NCBI GenBank assembly: GCA_951406725.2
Contig: OX597814.1
Location: 200,198,001-200,262,000 of the forward strand
Source of the DNA: Octopus vulgaris
Taxonomy: Eukaryota
Direction: 5' to 3'
DNA: 64,000 nucleotides
In this document: positions 62,861-64,000 of the stretch, piece after piece
Layout: the number at the start of each line of letters is the position of its first letter
How positions within the stretch are numbered: position 1 is the stretch's first letter
Position numbers and translations under genes: made by a program
The notes under the pieces: generated by a model
Told to the model about the DNA's origin: nothing
Database searches by the model: none
The model's input: the letters and a program-made list of their open reading frames with translations, nothing else

Positions 62861-63188
62861 CATAATGACCCACTTAAGGTACAACCAAATTAGCCATACT
62901 GACTTCTATGTAAAAGATATTAATTTTTGGAAAACAGTACAATGGAAAATCTTACTTTTAGGAGCCCATGGGAGGAATATAAAAATTATTTAATAAAATA
63001 TTAATTATGTAATGCATATCTTCTGCTAGATGGACTGAGCTGTTAAATGTAGCACTGACCTTTCTGTATTGACTTAGTAGTCTTTGAGCTTTAGCATAGT
63101 AGAGAACAGAAAAATATTAACATGGATAATAGTACAAGAGATGGGAAACCAAAGAAATGCAATAAAAGAGACTTAAAAGAGATTCAGA

Positions 63189-63575
63189 CATGTGGTTGAG
63201 GGTTCAGTCTCATTGTGTGGCAGCTTGGGCAAGTACCCTCTGCTGTAACTCTGGACCGATTAAAGACTAAGGAGAGGTTTTGATAGCTGGAAACTAAAAG
63301 AAACATTTCATATATACACTTCTATATATATATGTGTGTTTCTGTGTCCCCTTGACTTGGCAACAGATGATAGTGAATAAGCATCAGCATCATAAAAGTA
63401 ATGTTGTTCATTTCCAATATTCCACAAAAACATGTCTGGTCAAGGGGGAATATTACCTAAGTTGGAAACCGGTGAGATTTCCAATAGATACAGCATCCAG
63501 CCATAGAAAAGGCAACCTTAACATTTCTGTCTGACCCATGCTAGTATGGAAAAGTGAATGTGAACATGACAATGA
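63189..63575 (+). mobile_element. SINE family B-headed variant with a D-like tail
   Basis: catgtggttgagggttcagtctcattg...ttgggcaagt, then ...gcatccagccatagaaaa...acccatgctagtatggaaaag. Confidence 0.65.
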
Positions 63576-63581
63576 TGGTGC

Positions 63582-63970
63582 CTATTCTTTTCTACTCTAG
63601 GCAAAAGGCCTGAAATTTGGGGGGAGGGGGCCAGTCAATTAGATTAACCCCAGTACACAATTGGTACTTAATTTAACGACCCCCCAAAAGGATGAAAGGC
63701 AAAGTCAACATCGGTGGAATTTGAACTCAGAACACAAAGACAGATGAAATACCTATTTCTTTACTACCAACAAACAAGGACAGACAAGGACAGACAAATG
63801 GATTAAGTCAATTATATCGACCCCAGTGCATAACTGGTACTTATTTAATCAACCCAGAAAGAATGAAAGGCAAAGTCGACCTTGGCAGAATTTGAACTCA
63901 GAATGTAGCGGCAGACGAAATACCATTAAGCATTTTGCCCAGTATGCTAACGTTTCTGCCAGCTCGCTGC
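63582..63970 (-). mobile_element. SINE family A composite (head + 2 units with different tails)
   Basis: Two cores; head ctgccagctcgc at the window end. Confidence 0.85.
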
Positions 63971-64000
63971 TGCTGCTGATGCCTTTTGGTAAATTAAAGA

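Overview
AT-rich, microsatellite- and SINE-dense animal genomic DNA, very probably an octopus (inferred from the SINE families and overall composition; not confirmed by a search). The window lies inside a large + strand gene for a Ca2+/calmodulin-dependent cyclic-nucleotide phosphodiesterase (PDE1). Three coding exons are clear (20687-20800, 50454-50636, 62005-62071; 114/183/67 nt, canonical AG/GT, compatible phases) and encode the N-terminal regulatory/CaM-binding region. The catalytic domain lies beyond the window. Almost all ORFs in the supplied track are spurious (repeats, microsatellites). The introns contain several tRNA-derived SINE families, a piggyBac deletion derivative with related MITEs, two non-autonomous Helitrons, and RTE, CR1, Dong/R4 and Tx1 LINE remnants, plus foldback elements. 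Most interesting: (1) a tRNA-headed SINE whose 3' part carries a minimal hammerhead-ribozyme motif and shows Penelope-type inverted insertion structures; (2) frame-compatible candidate alternative PDE1 exons (a 147-nt cassette, a 12-nt microexon, a 202-nt exon, and a NAGNAG acceptor); (3) a piggyBac MITE dimer with a conserved spacer; (4) a Helitron whose exact removal restores a Dong endonuclease reading frame. Repeat boundaries were set by eye and are approximate.
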